A stretch of DNA of 64,000 bases from Pedobacter sp. (GCA_050253415.1 JBFWJC010000001.1:584579-648578); one strand, 5' to 3'; positions 18,844 through 28,027 are shown, counted from the first letter of the stretch. The notes: generated by a model from the sequence alone, not told the origin. Program-made: numbers and translations.

Positions 18844-20298
18844 ATGAAGAAACGAATGCGATTTTCGGCGCTGATGGCCATCCTTGCCGCCGGGTTTTTG
18901 GGCAGCGCAGCTTGTGTCTGCGCGCAAACGACCGAACTGCGCAGTTCCCTTGACGATCAGCAGCAGGTCGCGGTGACCATCTATAACAGCAACCTGGCGC
19001 TGGTCAAGGATCTGCGCCGGGTAAATTTGCCGGCTGGTGAAAGTTTGCTGGCGTTACGCGAAGTTGCTGCCGGCATGCAACCGGAAACAGCCCTGCTGCG
19101 TAGCCTCAAAAATGCGGCGGAATTCCGGGTCGTGGAGCAAAGTTTCGATTTCGATCTGCTCACCCCTGGTAAGTTGCTGGAAAAATACGTCGGGCGTACG
19201 GTACAGGTGGTACGGGTGCACCCCCAGACCGGCGCTGAAAGTTTTGAATCTGCCCAGGTTCTGGCCGCTAACGGCGGCGTAGTACTGCGCATGGGGGATC
19301 ATATCGAAACCGGCATCCCGGGACGCCTGGTTTATCCCGACGTGCCGGGAAACCTGCGCGATCGTCCAACCCTGGTGGTGCAGGTGGAAACCGATAAGGC
19401 CGGAGTCCGCGATCTGGAATTAAGCTATCTTACCAGTGGCCTGTCCTGGCAGGCTGATTATGTGGCTGAACTCGATAAGCAGGATGCGCACCTTGATCTT
19501 TCCGGTTGGGTGACCTTGAACAACCAGAGCGGTGCCAGCTACGAGCAGGCGCGCCTGCAGTTGGTGGCCGGCGATGTGCATCGCGTTGGGCGGCAGGATC
19601 TGGACATGCGGGGTTTCGAGGAGCGTGCCATGAAGGTTATGGCCGCCGCACCCGCCATGGCCGAGGAGAGCCTGCTCGATTATCACCTCTATACCCTCGA
19701 CCGGCCCACGACCATTCGTGAAAATCAGGTCAAGCAGGTTGCGCTGCTGAGTGGGGCGGGGGTCCCCGTGAATAAAGAGTATCTGCTGCGCGGTAGCGAC
19801 TATTACTATAGGGGCCGCCATAATGATCTCGGCAAAAAGCTCAAGGTGGCGGTATATCTCGAATTTGCCAACAGTACCAAATCCGGACTGGGCATGCCGC
19901 TGCCCAAGGGTATTCTGCGGGTTTATAAAAAGGACAGCGGCGGCAATGCCCAGTTTGTCGGTGAAGATCGCATCGATCACACTCCCAAGAACGAAAATGT
20001 TCGCCTGCGACTCGGCGATGCCTTTGATGTGACAGCGGATCGCATACAAACCGATTATAAAAAAATCGCCGGCGGGCCGCAGGAAACCGTGATCGAAACC
20101 GCCTATCGGCTGGAACTGAAAAACGCCGGGAGCGAGCCGGTCACGGTCAAGGTCGAGGAGCCGATGCCGGGCGACTGGCAGATCCTCCAGACAAGCCATC
20201 CCCACACTAAAAAAGATGCCCATACGGCCGCCTGGCAGATTGCCATCCCGGCCGAAGGCAAGACGATGCTGACTTACCGGGTGCGGGTACGTTATTGA
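18844..20298 (+). CDS. Exported DUF4139/DUF4140-domain protein
   Basis: Signal peptide; VTIYNSNLALVKD, LSYLTSGLSWQADY, YHLYTL, PLPKG, GEDRIDHTP. Confidence 0.85.
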   Translation: MKKRMRFSALMAILAAGFLGSAACVCAQTTELRSSLDDQQQVAVTIYNSNLALVKDLRRVNLPAGESLLALREVAAGMQPETALLRSLKNAAEFRVVEQSFDFDLLTPGKLLEKYVGRTVQVVRVHPQTGAESFESAQVLAANGGVVLRMGDHIETGIPGRLVYPDVPGNLRDRPTLVVQVETDKAGVRDLELSYLTSGLSWQADYVAELDKQDAHLDLSGWVTLNNQSGASYEQARLQLVAGDVHRVGRQDLDMRGFEERAMKVMAAAPAMAEESLLDYHLYTLDRPTTIRENQVKQVALLSGAGVPVNKEYLLRGSDYYYRGRHNDLGKKLKVAVYLEFANSTKSGLGMPLPKGILRVYKKDSGGNAQFVGEDRIDHTPKNENVRLRLGDAFDVTADRIQTDYKKIAGGPQETVIETAYRLELKNAGSEPVTVKVEEPMPGDWQILQTSHPHTKKDAHTAAWQIAIPAEGKTMLTYRVRVRY

Positions 20299-20320
20299 TC
20301 TGACGTTGGTTCGTGTTTTT

Positions 20321-20389
20321 ACCACGAAGTTCACGAAGAGCACGAAGGGGGGAAGGGCAAAAGGCCACTAGCTTCGTGCTCTTCGTGGT
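20321..20389. repeat. Palindromic element built from CACGAAG units
   Basis: ACCACGAAGTTCACGAAGAGCACGAAG (20321-20347) and CTTCGTGCTCTTCGTGGT (20372-20389) form inverted arms with 9-nt periodicity. Confidence 0.8.
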
Positions 20390-20493
20390 GATTTTTTATT
20401 CGGATTCAACGGTTGGATTTTGAGCTGTGTCGTTGCGGTGTTGCATCAACCATACTTCTATCTGTCTTCCTTCCTGAACAACAATATCCGCAG

Positions 20494-21123
20494 TCAATCT
20501 TCTTTTTCCTGTGCGCTCAGAGACAGGGCGATCAAGTGTCGCAGCTGTTTTGCATCGGCCCGCTGCATGGCCTTGCCGGTGATACTGCTGCGGGGAACGT
20601 TTTGTCTTTCTCTGGGTGGGTAGATGGATAGCTCAAGTTCGATGCCGTTTTCTTCCAGGTATAGGTGGGGATAGTCGTGAAACCGGCCGCCTTTGTGGAT
20701 AGTGACGATTTCAGAGGTAAAGTCCAGATGCCGGTCGGCCAGGAAATACTCCACTTCTTCCGGATCATCGGCGAACAGGTGCAGGTCGATGTCGCTGCGT
20801 TGGGTGACGCAGCCCGAAAGCACCGAGCCGATCAGATAGGGACGAAACGGGGCCAATAATTCCATGTACTTGAGCGCCAGAACCCGCATTTGCAGCAGCC
20901 GCTCCGGTAGTACCTCGGGTTCGTGCAGGTTGATCAGGCGTTGCAGTTCGGCGTGGATTTCGCTGTTGGAGGGTAGATGGTGCCCGAGACACAGGCGCTT
21001 TTCCAGACCGAAGGCACGCGCCGCCTTGCGCTTGGCGGTCATGTATTCCTTGATCTGCTCCTCGTACATGAGGCGGGCGGCTTCCCGGGCAATGAGATAA
21101 CGCAAACGGTCTCGGCGGGTCAT
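20494..21123 (-). CDS. Pol-beta-superfamily nucleotidyltransferase domain protein
   Basis: LIGSVLSG...SDIDLH (GS + DxD); N-terminal AARLMYEE...AKRKAA helical domain. Start taken at ATG 21123. Confidence 0.8.
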   Translation of the reverse strand: MTRRDRLRYLIAREAARLMYEEQIKEYMTAKRKAARAFGLEKRLCLGHHLPSNSEIHAELQRLINLHEPEVLPERLLQMRVLALKYMELLAPFRPYLIGSVLSGCVTQRSDIDLHLFADDPEEVEYFLADRHLDFTSEIVTIHKGGRFHDYPHLYLEENGIELELSIYPPRERQNVPRSSITGKAMQRADAKQLRHLIALSLSAQEKED

Positions 21124-21166
21124 ATTTCGAGTATAGCAGGTCGTTGCCGTTACCGGTTCTCGCAAG

Positions 21167-22021
21167 CTATGCCGTTGGGGAGCCTTCGCGCACCTCCAAT
21201 TGACCTTTAGCAAGCAGCCAGACAATGATCTCACGGGGGACGGGATCGAGCTCCAGTGCTTCTTCGACGGACATCTCCCCGCGTTGCAGTTTTTCAAGCA
21301 GATGATTCTGGTACCGGCTATGGGTACGTCGCTGGTAGTAGTCGCGGTAGACCAGAGAAGCTCCGAGCACCGCGATGATGCCCATCATCATCCAGAACAC
21401 GCCATGACTGATCTCAACGTGGAAACCGTCCAGAAACAGCTTGGTGCCGATAAAAAAGATCAGCTGGTAGGCCAGATCTTCCAGGCGTGGCAAACGTTCC
21501 AACAGTTGGACGAAAAAACTGGCGGCGAAGCGCAGGAAGATGATCCCCAAAATGCCTCCCACCCAGACCACCAGCAATTTGTCGGTCATGGCGACGGCGG
21601 TGGTAATGCTGTCGATGGAAAAGGCGATGTCGGTTAATTCCACCATCAGCACCGTTGTCCAGAATCCGGCGGCCTGCTTGTCACGCAGTTGGTGAGCGTC
21701 TTCCTTGTAAAAGAAGAACATGTGTTTCATGGCCAGATAGACCAGATAGCCGCCACCGATGAGTTTGAACAATCCGAAGCGCATCAGATGCGCGGCAAAT
21801 ACCAGGGCGATAAAACGGAACACAAAGGCACCGACGATACCGTAGGTCAGAGCCTTTTTTTGCTGTTTACGGGGTAGCTTACGCACCAGGATGGCCAGTA
21901 CCAGGGCGTTGTCCACCGACAGAATCCCCTCCAGGATGGCGAGGGTGCCGATGGTCAACAGGTCAAAGGCATGGAAATTGACGATTTCCTGGACAAGTTG
22001 GGAAAACAATGTGGTGTCCAT
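21167..22021 (-). CDS. TerC-family integral membrane protein
   Basis: LEGILSVDNALVLA, GGGYLVYL, VELTDIAFSIDS, GGILGIIFLRF. Confidence 0.92.
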   Translation of the reverse strand: MDTTLFSQLVQEIVNFHAFDLLTIGTLAILEGILSVDNALVLAILVRKLPRKQQKKALTYGIVGAFVFRFIALVFAAHLMRFGLFKLIGGGYLVYLAMKHMFFFYKEDAHQLRDKQAAGFWTTVLMVELTDIAFSIDSITTAVAMTDKLLVVWVGGILGIIFLRFAASFFVQLLERLPRLEDLAYQLIFFIGTKLFLDGFHVEISHGVFWMMMGIIAVLGASLVYRDYYQRRTHSRYQNHLLEKLQRGEMSVEEALELDPVPREIIVWLLAKGQLEVREGSPTA

Positions 22022-22229
22022 GATTTTTCCGTTGCTCGATGGGATAGATTCAAAAGAGGAGAAATGCCGACACCGCGTTCAACCCTACCTTGGATGCCTG
22101 TCAGGTAAGTATGGTTGATCGACAGGTTGATAACCAATGCCCGGCACTTTGCCAGCAATGCACGCTGGACTCTGTGCCGGGCTTATCTGGATTGCAAGGA
22201 ATGTCCTGTTCGATAATGATGATGGGGCA

Positions 22230-22496
22230 TCAGCGATGTCTGGTCTGCCGTGAGGTTGCATTTATCCTGTCGATATCAGCCTGGACCTGTTTGATGCCGC
22301 TCTCGTATACGATTTCCCGCCCCATCACCGACCCTGCGTAGGCCTTTCCGTTTCGAGTCGGGGTCAGTTCGCATATGACGCTGTGATCCCCTTCCCCGAG
22401 TACCACCCGGATCCGTTCGGCGCGCTTATTGAGAACCTCAACATCCAGGGTTTTACCACTTTCGGTGACACGTACCTCGATCTTCTCTGTGGACAT
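22230..22496 (-). CDS. Small hypothetical protein
   Basis: 88-aa ORF (MSTEKIEV...) with GGAG RBS and protein-like composition. Confidence 0.6.
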   Translation of the reverse strand: MSTEKIEVRVTESGKTLDVEVLNKRAERIRVVLGEGDHSVICELTPTRNGKAYAGSVMGREIVYESGIKQVQADIDRINATSRQTRHR

Positions 22497-22748
22497 AAAA
22501 TGATTAACTCCGCATGATTGGGATCTGAAAGTGCACCAACCGCGATGCAATGGAATGCAAATTACTTAGGAGGCCGTAGTCTCGAAATGTTGACGGTCGC
22601 ACCCTAGTAGACCATGAATGATCCAGACTTGCAACGGGATGAATTAAAAGCAGCAGTGTGTCAACGATGGCAACCGTTTGGCGACAATGGTGCATCTTCG
22701 GATTTTCAGGTTTCAAAAGAGGCTAGTACCCTCGCGCACCTTGTACGT

Positions 22749-22991
22749 CTACCTGAACAGGGAATCCCTTTTAATTTGATCCATGCGGATATCATATTCA
22801 GGTTTGGCAATTTTGCCATCCTTGTAATCTTGCTCGACTTTGTCCTCTTGCCGCTTCAAATGATACTCATAGCCTCCAGCGCCGGCGGCGGCACCTCCCA
22901 TAGCACCCAAGCCTGCGCTGCCGACATTGCTGCTGCATCCGGTCAGTAAAAACGTCGCCAGAAAAATCATCAGAATTCCGGTTCTTTTCAT
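22749..22991 (-). CDS. Small glycine-zipper lipoprotein
   Basis: Lipobox LLTGC; GLGAMGGAAAGAGGY; GGAGG RBS. Confidence 0.75.
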   Translation of the reverse strand: MKRTGILMIFLATFLLTGCSSNVGSAGLGAMGGAAAGAGGYEYHLKRQEDKVEQDYKDGKIAKPEYDIRMDQIKRDSLFR

Positions 22992-23383
22992 AACGCACCT
23001 CCGAATCTTGGGTTTTTGTGTCTTGCATGCAGGGCCCCTTAAATTAAGCCAGGATCACGGGTGTCGAAATACGACCTGATAAGGAGTTTGCATGGCGTAT
23101 AAAAAAAGCATATTGGATCACCGGAGAATATCAAGATAAACAACGCAAGCCAGCCAACATCTTCCTTGTCCTGCTCGGGATTCGACTGACGTATATTGCA
23201 AGGTATCGGGGAGCTTTATCGGAGGGCATGCGAAGGAGAGAAAGGCGGCTGACTCATTGCGCATGGGGACGTGTCATGGCCCCATGCACTCAACAAGAGA
23301 CCGAGATGGTTCGGGCGTGATACTTCACCCTTTTTTGCAATGGAGGGTCAAGGTTTCTTGAATTGCCGCAATAGTACGATTTC

Positions 23384-24061
23384 TTACGGACCACGCTCGG
23401 CGAGCCAGATAGTATGGAGGTCGCCCTTGTTGTTGTGCTCTCGTACACGGTTTTGCCTTACTTTGAAGCCAACCTTTTTAAGCCGCTCCGTAAAGTTGCG
23501 GTCAGGGCCGGCCGACCACACGGCGAGCAAGCCTTCGGGGCGTAGCGCTGAGTAGGATGCCGTCAAGCCTTCTATCGAATATAACCAATTGTTTTTTTTG
23601 CGGGTCAATCCCTCGGGACCGTTGTCGACATCCAGCAGAATCGCATCGTAGGCTCGCCGTTCGGACTTCAACACCTTGGCGACATCACCTTCGCGAACCG
23701 TGGCGCGCGCATCGCGCAAAGGATGTCCCGCATGTTCGCCGAGCGCGCCCTGGTTCCATTTCACTACGGCCGGTACCAGCTCAGCCACCACCACTTCGGC
23801 ATTGGCGCCGAGGTGCCGTAGGGCGGCAGCCAGCGTAAAACCCATGCCTAATCCGCCAATCAGTACGCGTGGGTCGGGACGACCAGCGACTTTCTTACAC
23901 GTAACTTCCGCCAGTGCATCCTCGGACCCATGAGCGCGTGTGCTCATCAATACCCCCCCACCGACTATGCTGATGGAGAATTCAGAGTCGCGTTGGTGAA
24001 GTTGCAGTTCGCCATCGGTGCCGGGAATCGGAGCGGTGTCGAGCAGTTTCCAGGGAATCAT
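23384..24061 (-). CDS. Spermidine-synthase-like SAM-dependent methyltransferase
   Basis: VLIGGLGMGFT SAM motif, VAELVP, ILLDVDNGP. Confidence 0.85.
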   Translation of the reverse strand: MIPWKLLDTAPIPGTDGELQLHQRDSEFSISIVGGGVLMSTRAHGSEDALAEVTCKKVAGRPDPRVLIGGLGMGFTLAAALRHLGANAEVVVAELVPAVVKWNQGALGEHAGHPLRDARATVREGDVAKVLKSERRAYDAILLDVDNGPEGLTRKKNNWLYSIEGLTASYSALRPEGLLAVWSAGPDRNFTERLKKVGFKVRQNRVREHNNKGDLHTIWLAERGP

Positions 24062-24225
24062 TTAGGGGTCTCGCATCGTAAGGGAAAAGTCAAAGGTGAG
24101 ATAACAGGAATAGCTACACTGAATAACACAAATGGGTATTGTGGGCCAGCCGCAAAAATCGTTCATGCGGAACAACCTGGGAATGGAGCAGAGGTGGCTT
24201 GGGCTTTGATCACGATGCAAGACGC

Positions 24226-24262
24226 AAAAAGGGCGGCTTTCCCTGGGTGGGTGCCGCCCTTT
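24226..24262 (-). terminator. Terminator after the TM2-pilin gene
   Basis: AAAGGGCGGC / GCCGCCCTTT stem with a T-run on the minus strand. Confidence 0.65.
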
Positions 24263-24280
24263 GTCAAACATGGATACTGT

Positions 24281-25024
24281 CTATTCGATGAAATGAAACA
24301 GGCCGTATCCGCCTTCCATGCCGAGCTGGTCGGCGATCTCATTTTCGATCTCGGTGCGGGAAGTGGTGACTATCTCTGTGTCGTCACTGCTCGTCAGGTA
24401 GGCGTCGTCGCCATTTTTATGAAAGGTGATGATCTGAAAGTCATCCGGTCCAAGAGACCGATAGTAAACCGCTACACCATCGGCTGCGCCACAGGTCATC
24501 TGACCGCTTTGGGTTGGATATGTCAGGTAATCCGCATAATAAGATTGGGTTTGCGTCATGCAGTTTTTTAAATCGGACATGGCAGCTGCGTTGAAGGCTT
24601 TTTGTCGGTAGGCTGCAAATTGCGGAATGGCGATCGCAGCCAGGATACCGATAAAGGCAATGCCTACCATCGGTACGACAACCGCGAGAACCAGACCGAC
24701 TCCGCTGGTGTCAGGATAGCGCTGTTGAAGTTCCGCCTCGCTTTTGAAGCAATAGAGTATAAATTCCACAAAGGCGATCAATCCGGGGATGCCGGTCCAG
24801 AAGAAAAGCAGATAAAGGAAGCCGAGTACATATTTCTTCACATAGAATTTATGGGCACCGAGGCCACCCAGAAAAAAAGTGATCAAAAGAAGAGCAACTT
24901 TACTGACGCCCGAGTTTGGTGCTGCCATGGCCCTGACCCCGCAGTGGGGGCAGATTTCGGCCTGGATATGCAGTTGTTTTCCACAGGTGGAACAAAATTT
25001 CCCCTGATCGATGTTTTCCGACAT
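24281..25024 (-). CDS. Zinc-ribbon + TM2 (NINE) + type IV pilin-like fusion membrane protein
   Basis: CSTC...CPHC; FFLGGLGAHKFY TM2 motif; IGILAAIAIPQFAAYRQKAFNAAAMSDLKN pilin alpha-1 helix; AGGAGG RBS before ATG 25024. Confidence 0.85.
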   Translation of the reverse strand: MSENIDQGKFCSTCGKQLHIQAEICPHCGVRAMAAPNSGVSKVALLLITFFLGGLGAHKFYVKKYVLGFLYLLFFWTGIPGLIAFVEFILYCFKSEAELQQRYPDTSGVGLVLAVVVPMVGIAFIGILAAIAIPQFAAYRQKAFNAAAMSDLKNCMTQTQSYYADYLTYPTQSGQMTCGAADGVAVYYRSLGPDDFQIITFHKNGDDAYLTSSDDTEIVTTSRTEIENEIADQLGMEGGYGLFHFIE

Positions 25025-25095
25025 TTTCCCTCCTTGATACATCCCCTGCAGGACATACATACAATAAATGATCCAATTAAAAGTAAACCTGACTT

Positions 25096-25124
25096 AATCT
25101 ATTGAAAGCCTTGCTATATGTCAA
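25096..25124 (-). promoter_or_regulatory. Sigma70 promoter of the TM2-pilin gene
   Basis: Minus strand TTGACA, 17 nt, TAGATT. Confidence 0.6.
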
Positions 25125-25183
25125 TAGGCATGACTACCGAAGGTGTTTTGCCTGAATTTACGTGGGTTTCCGTCTGGCGGCTT

Positions 25184-26947
25184 TTAGCCCGGACCAAAAG
25201 CTCCCACCGACAGGCCAGTGAAAAAATGCAGCGCGTAATCTCCAAGCTGGCCCGTGTCATAGCCGCCTTCCTGTACCACCAGGGTCGGTAGTTGAAGAGC
25301 CCCGAGAAGGCGCCCGTTCATTTCGAAGTCGGGAGGACGTAGGGGCCAGGTGCCGGTCGGGTCTCCCATGCCGGTATCAAACCCCAAAGCGATGACCAGA
25401 AAATCGGGACGGAACCGCTGGATCCGTTTTATGGCGCGTCGCAGTGCCTCATGGTAGCGCTCGACCGTCACATGTTCCGCAAGGGGCAGGTTGAAATTGA
25501 ATCCCTGCCCCGAGTCCGCACCGCGCTCTTCGGAAAAGCCGCTGAAGTAGGGGTAAGCGAAGCGGGGATGACCATGGATAGAAACCGTAAGCACGTCCGG
25601 CCGGTGGTAGAAAATATCCTGGGTACCGTTGCCGTGATGGTAGTCGATGTCGAGTACCGCGACCTTGCCGGTGCCACTTAGATAATGGGCGGCAATAGCG
25701 GTGTTGTTGAGATAGCAGAACCCGCCGAACAGGGCGCGTTCCGCATGGTGGCCGGGCGGTCGTATCAGCGCATAGGCCAGACGATGGCCGCTCAATAACT
25801 GGCGGGCGGCAGTCAGGGCGCAATCGACGCCGCTACTGGCGGCGGGGAAGGCATTGTGCGTCAGCGGCGTAAAGGTGTCGATGCAGTAGTAGCCGGCTCG
25901 TGTCGCACGGTCTTTGGGGGGGCGGCTGGCGTTACGCACCGGGAAAACATAAGGGTAGACCGCCTCATCTGCCGGCAAGGTCGCGCAGACGGTTTTGAGA
26001 TAGCGCACGAAAGCCCGGTCATGCACGGCGGTAATGTGCCTGTCGGAAAAATGTTTAATCGGTAATGGTTCAAACATGCCTGAATCACGCAATTTTTCAA
26101 GGATGGCTTGGATGCGCGCCGGCGCTTCGACATAGCCGCGCTCCCGCACATGATGGATGTCGTGGTGGTGGTTGACGGTCAGCGCAATGCGTTCGTCGGC
26201 AGGAACTTCGGTGGTGACGGGCGGACGGTTAAGCGAGGGGGACCGGTATCGCCAGGGGCGCAAGCGTACCGGATCATCGGTGAAGGAATCGACAACCATG
26301 GCCACGTACTCGGGTGGGCAGATGTGGCGATATTTGCGTTCCAGTATGGTCTTCACGATGGCCCTGGCTTGCAGTTTGCTCAAGGGATGATCCTGTCCCA
26401 GGTCGTCCCACATCAGGTAAGGGGGATTGTCGCCGTTCTGCTTGATCGGCGTTTCGTAGGCTGTGCCGGCAATGGGGCGGGCGCCATAACGTTCATAAAA
26501 ACGCAACCGGGCACGGTTCTTTTTAAGGATTTCTGGATCGCGGCACAGCCGTGGATCATCCGGCAGGCATTCAAAAAACAACCCGGTTGCGCCCAGAGCC
26601 CGGGTTTCCTCGCGTACCCGTTGGTAAAGGGCGCCGCCGATGCCGCGACCGGTAAGCTGGCGGGCGGCGGAAATATATTCCAGATATCCGAATTTCAGTT
26701 CCGGTTCGTGCAACAGCAAGGCAAACCCTTCAACCTGGCGGCGTTGGTTTTCGGCTATATAGAGAATGGCGCGAAAGCCATGTTTGAGCGGGTTGCTCAG
26801 TTGCTGGGGAAGTTTGTCGATATCGCGGGCCGGCAGGTCGGCAAACTGGGTCCTCAGAATCTGCTGCACATGGTCGATGGCAGTGCGGTTGACAGGCAGC
26901 ACATCATCATAGATACGTCGGATACGAAACATGGCGGTTTCCATCAT
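25184..26947 (-). CDS. GNAT acetyltransferase + Zn-dependent deacetylase (HDAC / acetylpolyamine amidohydrolase) fusion
   Basis: N-terminal YLEYI...TGRGIGGALY and RFYERYG; C-terminal RPPGHHA, GGFCYLNN, DIDYHHGNGTQ, GFDT, QEGGY. Confidence 0.9.
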   Translation of the reverse strand: MMETAMFRIRRIYDDVLPVNRTAIDHVQQILRTQFADLPARDIDKLPQQLSNPLKHGFRAILYIAENQRRQVEGFALLLHEPELKFGYLEYISAARQLTGRGIGGALYQRVREETRALGATGLFFECLPDDPRLCRDPEILKKNRARLRFYERYGARPIAGTAYETPIKQNGDNPPYLMWDDLGQDHPLSKLQARAIVKTILERKYRHICPPEYVAMVVDSFTDDPVRLRPWRYRSPSLNRPPVTTEVPADERIALTVNHHHDIHHVRERGYVEAPARIQAILEKLRDSGMFEPLPIKHFSDRHITAVHDRAFVRYLKTVCATLPADEAVYPYVFPVRNASRPPKDRATRAGYYCIDTFTPLTHNAFPAASSGVDCALTAARQLLSGHRLAYALIRPPGHHAERALFGGFCYLNNTAIAAHYLSGTGKVAVLDIDYHHGNGTQDIFYHRPDVLTVSIHGHPRFAYPYFSGFSEERGADSGQGFNFNLPLAEHVTVERYHEALRRAIKRIQRFRPDFLVIALGFDTGMGDPTGTWPLRPPDFEMNGRLLGALQLPTLVVQEGGYDTGQLGDYALHFFTGLSVGAFGPG

Positions 26948-27289
26948 GAGAGGGACGGATCCGTTCCTGAATGATGATGGAATTATAGCCGGTTTTCAGG
27001 TGCTAGCAGGGGGAAAATCGCATCGTCCCTGTCCTGTGCAGCGCTACGGTTGCAACCGTCAATCCTCTAGCTGCCAGTCGGGATCCGGGCTGTCCGCTTG
27101 TTCTGGGGTGCATCGGAGCTCCGGTTATGGATATTCATCAACACGGCGAGTGTGGAATTTTTCTTTGACATGATCGTAGCTGCATGGCACTATCATGCCA
27201 CTAGTCGGACTTTCAGGTAAAGCGCAGGTAACGTTTCGCCTTGATCGTCTCTCGCCACCGGATTTATTTGCCTCGGAAAGGATTCCACC

Positions 27290-28027
27290 ATGCGTTCGCT
27301 GCTGATAACCCTGTTGCTGTCTCTGATGTTTGTTTTGCCTGGTTTTGCCGCCGAGGTTCATCTTTCGGTAGCGGCCAGCATGACCGATGCGGTCAAAGAA
27401 CTTGTTGCTACTTATGAGACGCAGGGCAAAGACGTTACTTTGTTGCCCAACTTCGCTTCTTCTGGCGCTCTCGCCAAACAGATTGCTCAGGGCGCACCGG
27501 CTGACATTTATATCGCTGCCAATCCCAAGTGGATGGACTACCTGGTGACAGAAAAACGCATCCCGGCTGAGCAGGTGCGGACGTTCGCTTTCAATTCCCT
27601 GGTGTATGTCGGGCAGAAAGACCCTGCTGTTACCCGGCTGGAGGATATCGTTCATCTCCAGCGTATTGCCATTGGCAGTCCCAAAAGCGTACCGGCTGGC
27701 CAGTATGCGGAGCAGGCTCTGAGGGCTGCGGGGCTTTTTGACCAGGTCCAGGGCAAGCTGATCATGGCCAAGGATGTGCGCCAGGCTCTTATGTATGCGG
27801 ATCGAGGTGAAACCAACGGCGCGTTTGTCTATAAGACCGATGCATTGCTGGCTAAAGATGCGGTTATTTTATTTGAGGTTCCTCAATCCCTGTACAATGA
27901 GGTTACCTATCCGATCGGTCTTACCGTTGAGGGGATTAATAATCCTGCTGCGATCGCTTTTTTCGATTTTCTTAAAACCGATCAGGCAACTGGAATCCTG
28001 AAAAAATACGGCTTCGTTGTTCGCTGA
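27290..28027 (+). CDS. modA: Molybdate ABC transporter periplasmic binding protein
   Basis: Signal peptide; AASM, FASSGALAKQI, VPAGQYA, VYKTDA. Confidence 0.95.
   Translation: MRSLLITLLLSLMFVLPGFAAEVHLSVAASMTDAVKELVATYETQGKDVTLLPNFASSGALAKQIAQGAPADIYIAANPKWMDYLVTEKRIPAEQVRTFAFNSLVYVGQKDPAVTRLEDIVHLQRIAIGSPKSVPAGQYAEQALRAAGLFDQVQGKLIMAKDVRQALMYADRGETNGAFVYKTDALLAKDAVILFEVPQSLYNEVTYPIGLTVEGINNPAAIAFFDFLKTDQATGILKKYGFVVR

Noticed and set aside
20321..20389. Mini-CRISPR array
   Set aside because: Units are 7-9 nt with no unique spacers and no cas genes
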